DNA of 64,000 bases from Candidatus Bathyarchaeota archaeon (GCA_963832745.1 CAWHVC010000003.1:791451-855450); one strand, 5' to 3'. Shown: positions 30,692 through 40,731, counted from the first letter of the stretch. A program made the numbers and translations. Notes: generated by a model not told the origin, from the letters alone.

Positions 30692-31727
30692 ATGTCCGAC
30701 CACGTCTGGTTAGACACTGTTACACCTAAAATCAGCATAGCGATTAACAGTTTACTACCTATCTTACATAACAAAGGCTATTCTACGCTCGTTACAGCTA
30801 AAAGGCAAACTCAAACAACTGACATGCTCGATGCGCTTAAAAGTGTCCTATGAAATCGTCGGTGAATACGGAACTACCCTAAAAGAAAAATTCGTTGCCG
30901 AGCAAAAACGTACGTTAGAGTTTTTGGACCTTTTTGATAGAATCGGCTACCCTGAAGTGCTCTGGACACACGGGGATGTTTCAGCCATCCGTACAGCGTT
31001 TGGGCTAAGAATCCCTGTGGTTTACGCTAACGACACCGTTTTCGCTTACGCAGTCGCCAAACTGGCTTGCCCCTTAGTTGATTATCTTGTAACGCCCAAA
31101 TGTTTTGGCAAGTCATGGAGCAGATTCGGCATCTCCAAAAACCGCATAGTCCAGTATGATGGGCTCGAAGAGTTGGCGTATGTTGGTTCAGAATTTGAAA
31201 AACCAGCCTTCCTTGAAGAATTGATTGGTAAGAAGAAACCGGTGATTCTGTTCCGTGACGCAGAATACCAAGCCGTCTACTGCAAAGACGTTAAGGTAGA
31301 GTCAGAAAAATTATTACAGGAACTTGCCAAGTTGGGCACAGTTGTTTGCCTGCCACGGTATGAGTGGGAACGGGCTAAACTTAAGGAGATTCCTAACGTT
31401 TGGGTTTCACCCAAGCCAGTCTTAACGGCACAGCTTATGCCTTACATTGATTTGATGGTTGGCAGCGGCGGAACAGCCTGCCGAGAAACAGCACTCTGCG
31501 GAATCCCAACAATAAACTTCCACTTCTGGGACGTCCAAGCACGTTACCTGCGCAAGAAAGGCTTCCCAATCCAGATTATCCGTAACACCAACCGCATAAT
31601 TGCAGTTGCAAAGAAACTGTTATCTAACCCACAAAAAACGGACACCAAACAAACTCTAAGCAAGCTTGAATCTCCGATACCTGTCTGGGAAAAATATGTT
31701 GAAGAATGTATGAAGTCAAAGCTTTGA
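30692..31727 (+). CDS. DUF354 family (GT-B-like) protein, frameshift near 30840
   Basis: MSDHVWLDTVTPK...YEIVGEYG...GSGGTACRETALCGIPTI; extra A in an A-run joins two track ORFs. Confidence 0.85.
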
Positions 31728-32609
31728 AGCGAATTTTCCCGCTTTTAAATAGCCCTTCATGTAATAGAAACGGACCAGCGGATGAATAACTGCCACTGTT
31801 GCCTCCCTTGTCTTATACGCAACAAACAGGCCGGTGAAGGGCGAGATTATGAAACGGTAAATTATTCCAAACTTTGTTATTGGCGGTGGTTGATGAGTTT
31901 CTTGCTCGATTCGGCTCCAGATTTCGTGCACTTGAGTGCCATACCAGTATTGATGGCTTAATTCATGCTTTAGGTCGCTTCGCATGTGAACTGACTGTAT
32001 GTTGTAGTCGACTATCCAACCGTACCCTGCCTTGTTAAGTCTGTAAGCCAAGGTTGTATCTACACCAGCGTTAACTTTAATTTTTGGGAAACCGCCAATT
32101 TTGCGTACAACCTCAGTCTTGTAAATAGTATTATCAAGTGTGCTTCCTAAAGTGAAAGCAGCCTTCTGCCTACCACGCAGCCAAGCGGCTAAAGCTGCTT
32201 CTCCACGGTATTTGCGTGCTACATACTTCTGGAGGGCTCTAACTCCGGGCGGTTTGTCTGCAAAACGCATGCCAGAAGCGGCGCCAACTGATTCGTGCTC
32301 AAGATAAGCTGGAACCTTGCTCCACCAGTCTTTAGATAAAAGTAAATCCTGCTCAAAACTAACAAAATATTCGGTTTCCACGTTTTTTAAGGCGGTGTTT
32401 GCGCCGTCGCTGATGCCTTTTCCTTCATTAAAGATTACTGTCCAACCGTGGGCTACAGCTATTTCACGTGTGTTGTCTGTGCTTTGGTCATCAACAATCA
32501 AACGTTTATTCACACATTCGGGCGGAATAACAGCGTTGATACGTTTCAAGACGATCGGTAGCGTTTTTGCGCCGTTTTTTGTCCACATTACTAAGTCGAC
32601 TTTGCCCAT
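31716..32609 (-). CDS. glycosyltransferase family 2
   Basis: IVDDQSTDNT, GISDGANTAL, SFEQD. Confidence 0.88.
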   Translation of the reverse strand: MGKVDLVMWTKNGAKTLPIVLKRINAVIPPECVNKRLIVDDQSTDNTREIAVAHGWTVIFNEGKGISDGANTALKNVETEYFVSFEQDLLLSKDWWSKVPAYLEHESVGAASGMRFADKPPGVRALQKYVARKYRGEAALAAWLRGRQKAAFTLGSTLDNTIYKTEVVRKIGGFPKIKVNAGVDTTLAYRLNKAGYGWIVDYNIQSVHMRSDLKHELSHQYWYGTQVHEIWSRIEQETHQPPPITKFGIIYRFIISPFTGLFVAYKTREATVAVIHPLVRFYYMKGYLKAGKFASKL

Positions 32610-32678
32610 CAAGAGTAACCCCAGTACTTTTAATAAGACGGTTAATAAAAATGCTATCACTAACCAAAGGGGAACCTG

Positions 32679-33662
32679 ATGCAGCAAATTGAGCCTAAAG
32701 TCAGCGTGGTTGTTCTCAACTATAACGGCGCAAACTATGTCAGAGGGTGCCTTGAATCACTATTCAAAAATGACTACGGTAACTTTGAGGTAATTTTTGT
32801 TGATAACAATTCCCCTGACAAAAGCGTCGAGATAGCCAAAAAACTGTTTAAAAATGAGCGTCGCTTAAAAATTATTGAAAATAAAGAAAACTATGGCTTC
32901 TCAATAGGAAACAACATAGGCTTCAAAGCTTCAGACGCAAAATATGTGCTCTCATTAAATAATGACACTAAAGTCCAAGAAAATTTTATCAGAACAATGG
33001 TTAACGTGGCTGAAGCAGACGAGAAAGTTGGAAGTGTAGGCTGCAAAATTGTCCAGTTAGATGGCGTTATCAGTTACGGACCAAAATACATGAACTACGG
33101 CTTTATCACTAGTGCTTTAAACAGGCAGTCATACGAAAAGGAAACCTGCAACATAGCTAACTGTGGATGTGCTACTCTTTTCAGAAAATCTTTACTGGAT
33201 AAAATCGGCGGTTTTGACCCTTACTTATGGACCGACTGGGAAGACCACGATTTAGGTTACCGAATAAACATAGCAGGCTACAAATGTCTCTACACGCCTA
33301 AGACGACAGTGCTTCATCTTGGCGGCGGAAACTATCTGGGAATGAGTCCAGAAAGAAGAAGCCGAATAATAAGAAACAAACTCCTTGGACACTACAAGAA
33401 CTATGAAACCAAAAATCTGTTTGCACGGTTTCCACTGGTGACACTTAAAACTTTAACGTGGGATAGTTTGCCTTTACTTAAGGAAGGAAAAATTTCAGCC
33501 GTGATTAAGGCAGTGGCTGGATTTTATGTTCTTTTAGAGCCAATTTCAAAAGAAAGAGCAAAAATTCAAAAGCAAAGAGTTGTCTCGGATAAAGAGATTT
33601 TTAAGAAGTGCCGTGTGCCTGAAAGACAATCCTTCCTCTTCAAAACTCTAAAGAAACTTTAG
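32679..33662 (+). CDS. glycosyltransferase family 2
   Basis: VSVVVLNYNG, VDNNSPD, LNNDT, EDHDLGYR. Confidence 0.92.
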   Translation: MQQIEPKVSVVVLNYNGANYVRGCLESLFKNDYGNFEVIFVDNNSPDKSVEIAKKLFKNERRLKIIENKENYGFSIGNNIGFKASDAKYVLSLNNDTKVQENFIRTMVNVAEADEKVGSVGCKIVQLDGVISYGPKYMNYGFITSALNRQSYEKETCNIANCGCATLFRKSLLDKIGGFDPYLWTDWEDHDLGYRINIAGYKCLYTPKTTVLHLGGGNYLGMSPERRSRIIRNKLLGHYKNYETKNLFARFPLVTLKTLTWDSLPLLKEGKISAVIKAVAGFYVLLEPISKERAKIQKQRVVSDKEIFKKCRVPERQSFLFKTLKKL

Positions 33663-33664
33663 GG

Positions 33665-34645
33665 TTAAGCTATTTCTTTTCCTTTAAACCCAGTAAAGAG
33701 GCTTACAAAGTAACCGTAAGAGACGGCGATGCCACATGGTGAATAATACAAGAACGCAACCAGTCCCCATGTTCGGTGCCTTTTAGACCGCCAAACATGA
33801 TAACACAAGTTAAACAACACATAAGCAACCGCAAAAACGGTTGCAGTCAACCATGGAACAAGGGCGAAAGCAAAATTTACCAGCCAAAGCACGATTATTA
33901 TGGGCAGGGCAAAATAGTAAAGGATTCTAAACAGGTGCGCTTTTGAACCAGCCCTTATCAATTCTCGATACAGGAAAGGTTGACTGGAGTAACACCATTT
34001 TAGCCTGCCACGATAATCCCGCAGTATAGTGCTGAAGCTTGATTTTTTTTCTTTCTTGAGGTGCAAGCAGGGGGTTGAACCGTCAAACTTGATTTGGTAC
34101 CCAAAGTTTCGTGCTCTTGAGAAAAAGTCGGTGTCCTCGTTAACCTTGAGTTTCTCGTTAAATGTGCCGGCTTTCTGGAATACTTCTCGTTTTATTGCGG
34201 TAAAACCCATGCCGCCCAGCACGGTTTCAGACTGCATTATCCGCTCGTACAGCGAAGGGGTCTCTGTAAAATACGGAAAACCAGCGATTGCGGCTGAACC
34301 GTCAATCATTTTTAGAACGCGAGTTAACGCTTCTGGGTCAGGCGCGATTACGTCTGAATCCCAAAAGAAAATCACGTTGCCTTCCATATGGGTGATGCAC
34401 AGGTTTCTTGCATTGGAAATGTAACCGTTTGATTCAGCTTTTAGGAGGTCAAAACCGAAATATTCACTGCCGTATTGTTCTTTCCAGCTTAAAAGTTTCT
34501 CGTAGGTTCCATCGTTGCTTTCGTCTATGATTACTATTTTGGTTTTGTTTTTTGGGTAGGCTTGAGTGTAAATTGAGGATAGGACTCTGTTAATGTAAAG
34601 AAGCCGGTTTCTTGTAGGTATAGCGATTGTAATGAGTCCATCCAA
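33665..34645 (-). CDS. glycosyltransferase family 2 with C-terminal TM helices
   Basis: IAIPTRNR, ARNLCI, FWDSD, EDTDF. Confidence 0.9.
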   Translation of the reverse strand: MDGLITIAIPTRNRLLYINRVLSSIYTQAYPKNKTKIVIIDESNDGTYEKLLSWKEQYGSEYFGFDLLKAESNGYISNARNLCITHMEGNVIFFWDSDVIAPDPEALTRVLKMIDGSAAIAGFPYFTETPSLYERIMQSETVLGGMGFTAIKREVFQKAGTFNEKLKVNEDTDFFSRARNFGYQIKFDGSTPCLHLKKEKKSSFSTILRDYRGRLKWCYSSQPFLYRELIRAGSKAHLFRILYYFALPIIIVLWLVNFAFALVPWLTATVFAVAYVLFNLCYHVWRSKRHRTWGLVAFLYYSPCGIAVSYGYFVSLFTGFKGKEIA

Positions 34646-34694
34646 TTAGTATCACTCCAGTTAAATCCTCGTAATTGGTATTTTTAGATTTAGT

Positions 34695-35639
34695 TTAGGA
34701 TTGATTTGTTAAGGGTTTCTTTAGAAAACAAATTTGCTGATTTCGTTTTCGGTATATTTTTGAAAACTCTCTTAGTCCTGCAATATTACCTTTTACATAA
34801 GAAGGAACAAGGCTTAACTTCTTGTTTCTGGCAAATTTGTACAGTTTTCTGCTCACCTTTTTTGGCTGCTTTAAGATAAACCGTAGCAGTATCTTTGCGG
34901 GCTGATTCTTTATTTTGTAATAGTATTGATTGCGCTCTAACAAGTAAGTCTTGAACGGTGAATCAGTCACAGCAGTAGCTGAACCATAATGATAAACTAC
35001 AGCAGAAGGCACAAACATGCATTTCCAACCTGCCTTCTTTAACCGTAAAGCCACATCCACGTCCTCGTAGAAAGCAAAAAAGTCAGGGTCAAAACCGCCT
35101 ATTTGCTCAATAGCACTTCGACGATAAAGAACCGACGCTGAACAGGCACCTAACAATTCTTTGGGCTTACTATATTGGCCTGTATCTTTTTCTTGAACGC
35201 CTAACTGGTAAGCGTCGCCTTCCCAATTCAAAGCTAAACCAACCGTGTCAATTGTCTGGGGATTTTGCATCGAAAGAATTTTGGGTTGACAAGAACCTAT
35301 GCGTTGGTTGGATTCAGCCATTTTTATTAATTCGCTTAACCAATTTTGGTCCACTGTTGTGTCGTTGTTTAAAGCTATAACATACTTGCTTTTTGAATTC
35401 TCTATACCAGCGTTCATACCAACGCTATAACCAAGATTTTTTGGCAACTGGACAATTTTGACTTCTGGAAAATTTTTTTGAACAAAACCCACTGACTCAT
35501 CAACTGAGCCGTTATCGACCAAAACAACTTCGAAATCATGGTACCTCTGGTTTTTAAGTGAGTTTAGGCAACCTGTGAGATGCTTTTTCCCGTTCCAGTT
35601 AACAATAATTATAGTTACCATGGGTTTGTTCAAAGGCAT
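34695..35639 (-). CDS. glycosyltransferase family 2
   Basis: IIVNWNG, VDNGSVD, LNNDT, FAFYEDVD. Confidence 0.92.
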   Translation of the reverse strand: MPLNKPMVTIIIVNWNGKKHLTGCLNSLKNQRYHDFEVVLVDNGSVDESVGFVQKNFPEVKIVQLPKNLGYSVGMNAGIENSKSKYVIALNNDTTVDQNWLSELIKMAESNQRIGSCQPKILSMQNPQTIDTVGLALNWEGDAYQLGVQEKDTGQYSKPKELLGACSASVLYRRSAIEQIGGFDPDFFAFYEDVDVALRLKKAGWKCMFVPSAVVYHYGSATAVTDSPFKTYLLERNQYYYKIKNQPAKILLRFILKQPKKVSRKLYKFARNKKLSLVPSYVKGNIAGLREFSKIYRKRNQQICFLKKPLTNQS

Positions 35640-35769
35640 CCCTTGTTTTAGTATAAGCTCGTAGTTATTTCATTTTCTATTTAACTGTTTATTAGCCTCA
35701 AAATTGGGTTTTCGTTAAACACATTATTTATTATCAAAGACAACGTTCACTTATGGCAATTGAGATACC

Positions 35770-37248
35770 ATGATTAAACTTAGGCTTGACGTTGATTACC
35801 CTTACCCTTCAAGATACAAAAGTTTCGCTGTAACAGCCCTAGGAATAAAAAGGCCCGGCAGTGGCTACTTAAAATACGCTAAAATCATTGCCAAAATGGT
35901 TAACGAATCACAAAGAGACGTCAAAGCAGTCTGGTTCTTCACACCCTATACAATCCCAGACAAAGAATTACTTGACCTGTTAACAACTGACAAGCATGAA
36001 GTCGGGTTACATGTAGCAACCAACCCGTACCGTGAAATGAACAACATAGAAAAAGCGACAGGTAGAAAACTGAATTATTACACGGTACACGGGACAGAGC
36101 GTTTGCTTGGAAGAATAATTTGGCACAGAAAATTAAGCCAGGCAAAAGTGCCCGTACCAGAAGATTTTCCGCTTCAATCCTACTATGTTTACCATCATCT
36201 TGGATTGGACGTGATAGCTCACACTTGCGCAGTGGAAGAAGCGGTAAAACAAACAGAAGAGGCCATAACCAAAGGTGACGTTATACTAATTCACCCAGAA
36301 TGGCTGTTTCAAAGAGGAAAACACAACCCCCGAGGACCATACTATGAACCATTAAAGCGACTCTTAGGGGTCGATGTCGACCTAAACTATTTAGAGGTTA
36401 GAAAAAAAGGCCTAATTAAACTGGCAGAAATCGTAGACGTCTTTGCTTACCTAAACAGGGTTAACCCAACAGAACGGTTTATTTCGAAAGTTAAAGACCG
36501 AGACGCTGACGCTTTCACATTTATTGAACGAACATGGTGCGACCCCCACATTAACCCAGCCAGTTCATGGGTTAAAGAGCAAGATAACATTGCCCTGCTC
36601 AGCATCAGTACTTACCAAGAATGGTTTGAAAGAGTAGGCAAGAAAACCCGCAATATGATTCGGAAAGCAGAAAAAAGCGGTATAGAAACCAAAATTGTGG
36701 TGCCAGACGAAAAGTTTGCGGAGGGCATCTGGAAAATTTTCAATGAGACCCCGATTAGGCAAGGTCGAGCCTCACCGTATTATGGTATCTCGATAGAGAA
36801 GGTAAAGCAGGATATTTTGAACGATAGAGGCTTCACTTTTGTAGGAGCATACTTGGGGGATGAACTGGCAGGTTTTATCCAACTTGTACACGGCGACCAG
36901 TTAAGCATTATTACTCAGATTTTGGCGCTGCAAAAACACCAAGACAAAGCAGTAAACAATGCTACCGTTGCAAAGGCAGTCCAGTACTGTGCTGAACATG
37001 GCATAGCTAACTTGATGTACGGCAGAATGGAAAACCATCCGTCACTTGACAAGTTCAAAGAAAGCAACGGCTTTATCAAATGTGACTTAAACAGGTACTA
37101 CATACCCTTAACAACTAAAGGCAGTATTGCGATAAAACTGCGGTTACATCGTCCACTCAAAGACACAATGCCTGATAGCCTAAAAAAGAGGTTGTTTGGG
37201 GTTTATAGTTGGGTTAGCCGAACAAAAATGAAGATTAGAAGACGATAA
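35770..37248 (+). CDS. polysaccharide deacetylase-like domain fused to GNAT/FemAB-like domain
   Basis: LRLDVD, HEVGLH, TVHG, LIHPEW; C-half KKTRNMIRKAEKSG...SLDKFKESNGF. Confidence 0.7.
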   Translation: MIKLRLDVDYPYPSRYKSFAVTALGIKRPGSGYLKYAKIIAKMVNESQRDVKAVWFFTPYTIPDKELLDLLTTDKHEVGLHVATNPYREMNNIEKATGRKLNYYTVHGTERLLGRIIWHRKLSQAKVPVPEDFPLQSYYVYHHLGLDVIAHTCAVEEAVKQTEEAITKGDVILIHPEWLFQRGKHNPRGPYYEPLKRLLGVDVDLNYLEVRKKGLIKLAEIVDVFAYLNRVNPTERFISKVKDRDADAFTFIERTWCDPHINPASSWVKEQDNIALLSISTYQEWFERVGKKTRNMIRKAEKSGIETKIVVPDEKFAEGIWKIFNETPIRQGRASPYYGISIEKVKQDILNDRGFTFVGAYLGDELAGFIQLVHGDQLSIITQILALQKHQDKAVNNATVAKAVQYCAEHGIANLMYGRMENHPSLDKFKESNGFIKCDLNRYYIPLTTKGSIAIKLRLHRPLKDTMPDSLKKRLFGVYSWVSRTKMKIRRR

Positions 37249-37252
37249 AAAA

Positions 37253-37522
37253 TTAAAGAAGCAGAACGGCAAGAAGGTCATTTAGGTCTTTCTTGGTTTT
37301 TATGCCTCTGAAAATGATTTTGCCGCTGGCGTAGAAACGAAAAGAATATTGTTGGAAAACCAAGTCGTAAATCATTCCGGCAACTTGGCTTTTCAAAGTG
37401 GCTTTTTTCAATATATTTTGTAGTGCTTGGTCTTTTTTGTCAAATTTTAGGACGACTATGACGTCGCTTTCAGCGCCGCAAGTGCCTTCGATTCTTGAGA
37501 CATAGTCGCCTACCGTTGACAT
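37253..37522 (-). CDS. small hypothetical protein, last gene of Fe-S operon
   Basis: TAATG coupling to sufS; RIEGTCG, FRFYASGKIIF. Confidence 0.7.
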   Translation of the reverse strand: MSTVGDYVSRIEGTCGAESDVIVVLKFDKKDQALQNILKKATLKSQVAGMIYDLVFQQYSFRFYASGKIIFRGIKTKKDLNDLLAVLLL

Positions 37523-38754
37523 TAAAGCGCCTGGAACTCCTTTAGCACTTCAAGGAAACGGTTTACCTCTTCCTTAGTATTATAGAGATAGAAGCTAGCG
37601 CGGGCGCTGGATTGCAACTGGAAGATTTGGTGCAGTGGTTGTGCACAGTGATATCCGCTACGTATGGCTATTCCGTAGCTGTCGCATAAGAGGGCAACAT
37701 CATGTGATGATAAGCCTACAACGCTGAAAGGTATTATCCCACATTTGCTTGAAAGCTCTGTTGGACCGTGAACGGTTATTTTGCTCATGTCTTTCATGCC
37801 TTTCATTGCCTGTTTTGTGAGGGCTTTTTCGTGAGCTAAAATATTTTCCATTTCAACTTGTTGAAGGTATTTTATGGCTGCTGCTAACCCGATTGCACCC
37901 GATATGTTCGGTGTGCCTGCTTCAAACTTCCAAGGGGATTCATTCCAGCTTATGTCGCATTGCTGACTTTGGAAATTGTAAGCTACGTCTTTTATCATTT
38001 CTCCGCCGCCTTGGAATGGCCCCATCTTTTCAAGCAACGTTTTCTTGCCATATAAGACGCCGATTCCTGTTGGAGCAAGCATTTTGTGTCCCGAGAAAGC
38101 CAAAAAGTCAGCGTCAAGATCTTGAACGTCAACTTTCATGTGCGGAACGGATTGAGCGCCGTCTACAAGCATTAAAGCGCCGTTATCATGTGCAATTTTT
38201 GATAAGCGTTTTATGTCGTTTACTACGCCTGTAACGTTTGAAACTTGGCTTATGCAGGTGATTTTTGTTTTCGGTGTAATTTTGCTTTCAAAATCTTTGA
38301 TGTCTAAAACACCCTCGGATGTGACGTTTGCATAGTTTATTTTGAAGCCACGGATTTTAGCGGTAATTTCCCATGGAACAATGTTGCTGTGATGCTCCAT
38401 TAGGGAAACGAGGACTTCGTCACCCTTTTTGAGGTTGTTTAGTCCCCAAGAGTAAGCGGCAAGGTTAATTGCTTCAGTTGTTCCTCTAACAAAAACTATT
38501 TCGGAAGACTCTTTTGCGTTTATGAATTTTGCAACTTGTTCACGGCTTTTCTCATACATTTCAGTAGCTTCTAAAGAGAGCGTGTGTACTCCTCGGTGAA
38601 CGTTAGCGTTATTGTTTTCGTAATAGTCGGTTATGGCTTGTATGACTTGTCGGGGTTTTTGTGTTGTTGCGGCGTTGTCAAAGTAGATGAGGGGGTTATT
38701 GTTTACTTTACGTTTTAGAATTGGAAAATCGTCGCGAATCCGAGTTAGATCTAT
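37522..38754 (-). CDS. sufS: SufS-type cysteine desulfurase, proposed ATA start
   Basis: Upstream in-frame DLTRIRDDFPIL...YFDNAATTQKP...NANVHRGVH; MEHHSN, DGAQS, FSGHK, RSGYHCA. Confidence 0.92.
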   Translation of the reverse strand: MDLTRIRDDFPILKRKVNNNPLIYFDNAATTQKPRQVIQAITDYYENNNANVHRGVHTLSLEATEMYEKSREQVAKFINAKESSEIVFVRGTTEAINLAAYSWGLNNLKKGDEVLVSLMEHHSNIVPWEITAKIRGFKINYANVTSEGVLDIKDFESKITPKTKITCISQVSNVTGVVNDIKRLSKIAHDNGALMLVDGAQSVPHMKVDVQDLDADFLAFSGHKMLAPTGIGVLYGKKTLLEKMGPFQGGGEMIKDVAYNFQSQQCDISWNESPWKFEAGTPNISGAIGLAAAIKYLQQVEMENILAHEKALTKQAMKGMKDMSKITVHGPTELSSKCGIIPFSVVGLSSHDVALLCDSYGIAIRSGYHCAQPLHQIFQLQSSARASFYLYNTKEEVNRFLEVLKEFQAL

Positions 38755-39266
38755 TGGGATTTTTCTTCCTCCGGCTTTAGCCTCTTAGACAGCGTCTTGG
38801 CTAATTCTTCCTCTTCTAAGGCTTGCTTTTCTTCAAAAGTGTTTTCCTTAGGCATCCATGCTGGTTCAGCGCCTTTTTTGGCATCAAAATATTTTCTGAT
38901 TGCACGTTTCAACGCGCCGACGGCGAGAACTCCGCAGTGGAATTTAACGCTTGGCAAGCCGCCGATTGCGTCGGTAACTTTTTTCCAAGTAATGTCATTC
39001 CAAGCAACTTCAAGAGTTAAACCTTTAACCATTTCAGTAACTATGCTTGAGGTTGCAATGTTAGCGGCACAACCGTAGCTTTCGAATTGTGCTTTTTCAA
39101 TAATTTGAGTTTCCTCGTTAATTTTTAGGTAAAAAGTTATCATGTCTCCGCATGCAGGGTTGCCAGCGACTGCTACGACTGTGGCGTCATCCATTTTTCC
39201 AAGGTTTTTGGGGTTGCGGAATAAATCCATAACTTTCGGGTTATAAGGTAAAGGTATACGCGACGT
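38751..39266 (-). CDS. iscU: IscU/NifU Fe-S scaffold, proposed ACG start
   Basis: NPACGD, YGCAA, KFHC; in-frame extension (ACG)SRIPLPYNPKVMDLFRNPKN follows the iscS stop. Confidence 0.92.
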   Translation of the reverse strand, partial: TSRIPLPYNPKVMDLFRNPKNLGKMDDATVVAVAGNPACGDMITFYLKINEETQIIEKAQFESYGCAANIATSSIVTEMVKGLTLEVAWNDITWKKVTDAIGGLPSVKFHCGVLAVGALKRAIRKYFDAKKGAEPAWMPKENTFEEKQALEEEELAKTLSKRLKPEEEKSQ

Positions 39267-39269
39267 TTT

Positions 39270-40493
39270 TTACTCCACTCCTGTTGAACCAACTATCCGT
39301 CTAATACGATTAACAGCTGATGGTAATACTTCCAAAACGTAAGCTATATCTTCTTCTGTAAGATAACGCGTCGTCTTCATAAGCACGCTACCGTGAGCTT
39401 CTTCAAATCTGCGTCCAATAGCTACCAACACGTGACTGGGCTGGAGCAGTCTTCGGCTGCACGCACTTCCGCTTGAAATGTAGACACCTTTGAGGCTCAA
39501 CTCGATTGTTAGAGCCTCACCTTCTGCACGTAGGAAACTGATGTTTGCATTGTCGGGGGAACGCTTTTCGCCTTTTGGACCGTTAAACCGTAAATCAGGC
39601 AGTTCAGTGAATATGCCATCAACCAGTTTGTCTCTTAAAGTGCGCATTTTTGTAGTGTTTGCCTCAAAATCTTCAAAAGCCAACTCGGAGGCTTTAATGA
39701 AGCCAACAATTAAGGGCGTGTTTTCTACGCCTGGCCAAAGTTTTTGTGTACCGATTTGTCCTTCGATTATGCGGTCAAGGTTTATGCCTTCTTTTAGATA
39801 CATGGCACCCATTCCTCGGGGACCCTGGATTTTGTAGCTGCTTACTGTTGCCAAGTCAACGTTTAAGTCTTGTACATTGAAGGGTACTCTACCGTAGGCG
39901 TCGGTTGCGTCTGTATGGAAAAGCGTGTGAGGGTTTTTATCTTTGACAATTTTAACTGCCTCTTTGATGTCTTGAACTGTGCCTAATTCATTGTTTACTG
40001 TTGCGACGCTTACAAGGATGGTTTCTTTGTCGATTGCTTCTTTGAGTTTTTCCATGTTCAAGAAGCCTTCATGGTCAACAGGGATTTTGGTTATGGTGAA
40101 ACCGAATTTTTGCATCATCTCCGCAACTTGCATAACATTTACTGGTTCAATTTCTGAGATGACAATTTTTTTGCCTTTATCTTTCTGGGCAAAACATGAC
40201 CCCATTACTGCAAGGTTGTTTGCTTCGGTTTCGCCTGGGGTGAAGGTGATTTCTTCAAGGATTTTGGCGCCCATGGTTTTGCTGATTTTTTGGAAGCAGT
40301 TCATGATTACTTCGAAGGCTTCCCAGCCTGGTTTGTGGGTGAGAGTTGGGTTGCCGTAAGCGGTCTTGTTAAAGTACGGAAGCATTGCGTCTACGACTTC
40401 TTGGGGAACGATGCTTGAGTTTTCGTTGTCTAAGTAGACCTCGTGTGTGATGCCTTCGTGAAGTTTAAGAAGTTCTTTTACGTTTTCAACCAT
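39270..40493 (-). CDS. iscS: IscS/NifS-like protein with degenerate active-site motifs
   Basis: YGNP, NNELGTVQ, SSYKIQGPRG, SSGSACS, PSHVL; EH changed to EP and IRFS to VLMK. Confidence 0.85.
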   Translation of the reverse strand: MVENVKELLKLHEGITHEVYLDNENSSIVPQEVVDAMLPYFNKTAYGNPTLTHKPGWEAFEVIMNCFQKISKTMGAKILEEITFTPGETEANNLAVMGSCFAQKDKGKKIVISEIEPVNVMQVAEMMQKFGFTITKIPVDHEGFLNMEKLKEAIDKETILVSVATVNNELGTVQDIKEAVKIVKDKNPHTLFHTDATDAYGRVPFNVQDLNVDLATVSSYKIQGPRGMGAMYLKEGINLDRIIEGQIGTQKLWPGVENTPLIVGFIKASELAFEDFEANTTKMRTLRDKLVDGIFTELPDLRFNGPKGEKRSPDNANISFLRAEGEALTIELSLKGVYISSGSACSRRLLQPSHVLVAIGRRFEEAHGSVLMKTTRYLTEEDIAYVLEVLPSAVNRIRRIVGSTGVE

Positions 40494-40609
40494 AAAGTAT
40501 CCTTACCATAGAAAGTGATTAGATAACTCGTCACCTTGCTATATCCCTGTTCAAGTAAAAAAACCTAACCGCTGTAGTGTTTCGAGGTTTTGTCTTGGTT
40601 GTGTGTAAT

Positions 40610-40731
40610 TTTTGTTTAGACGTTGTTGCTTAAAAATTGCTATAAACAATAACCAACATGTTTTTGAAAAGTTTCCTTTTTGGTGCCCGGTTGTTTTGAT
40701 GGCTGCAGGCTGGTTGTGGATTATACCACAA
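40610..40731. repeat. dispersed intergenic repeat family B, copy 3 (degenerate)
   Basis: TTTTGTTTAGACGTTGTTGC...AACCAACA...CTGCAGGCTGGTTGTG...CCACAA collinear with copy 2. Confidence 0.6.
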
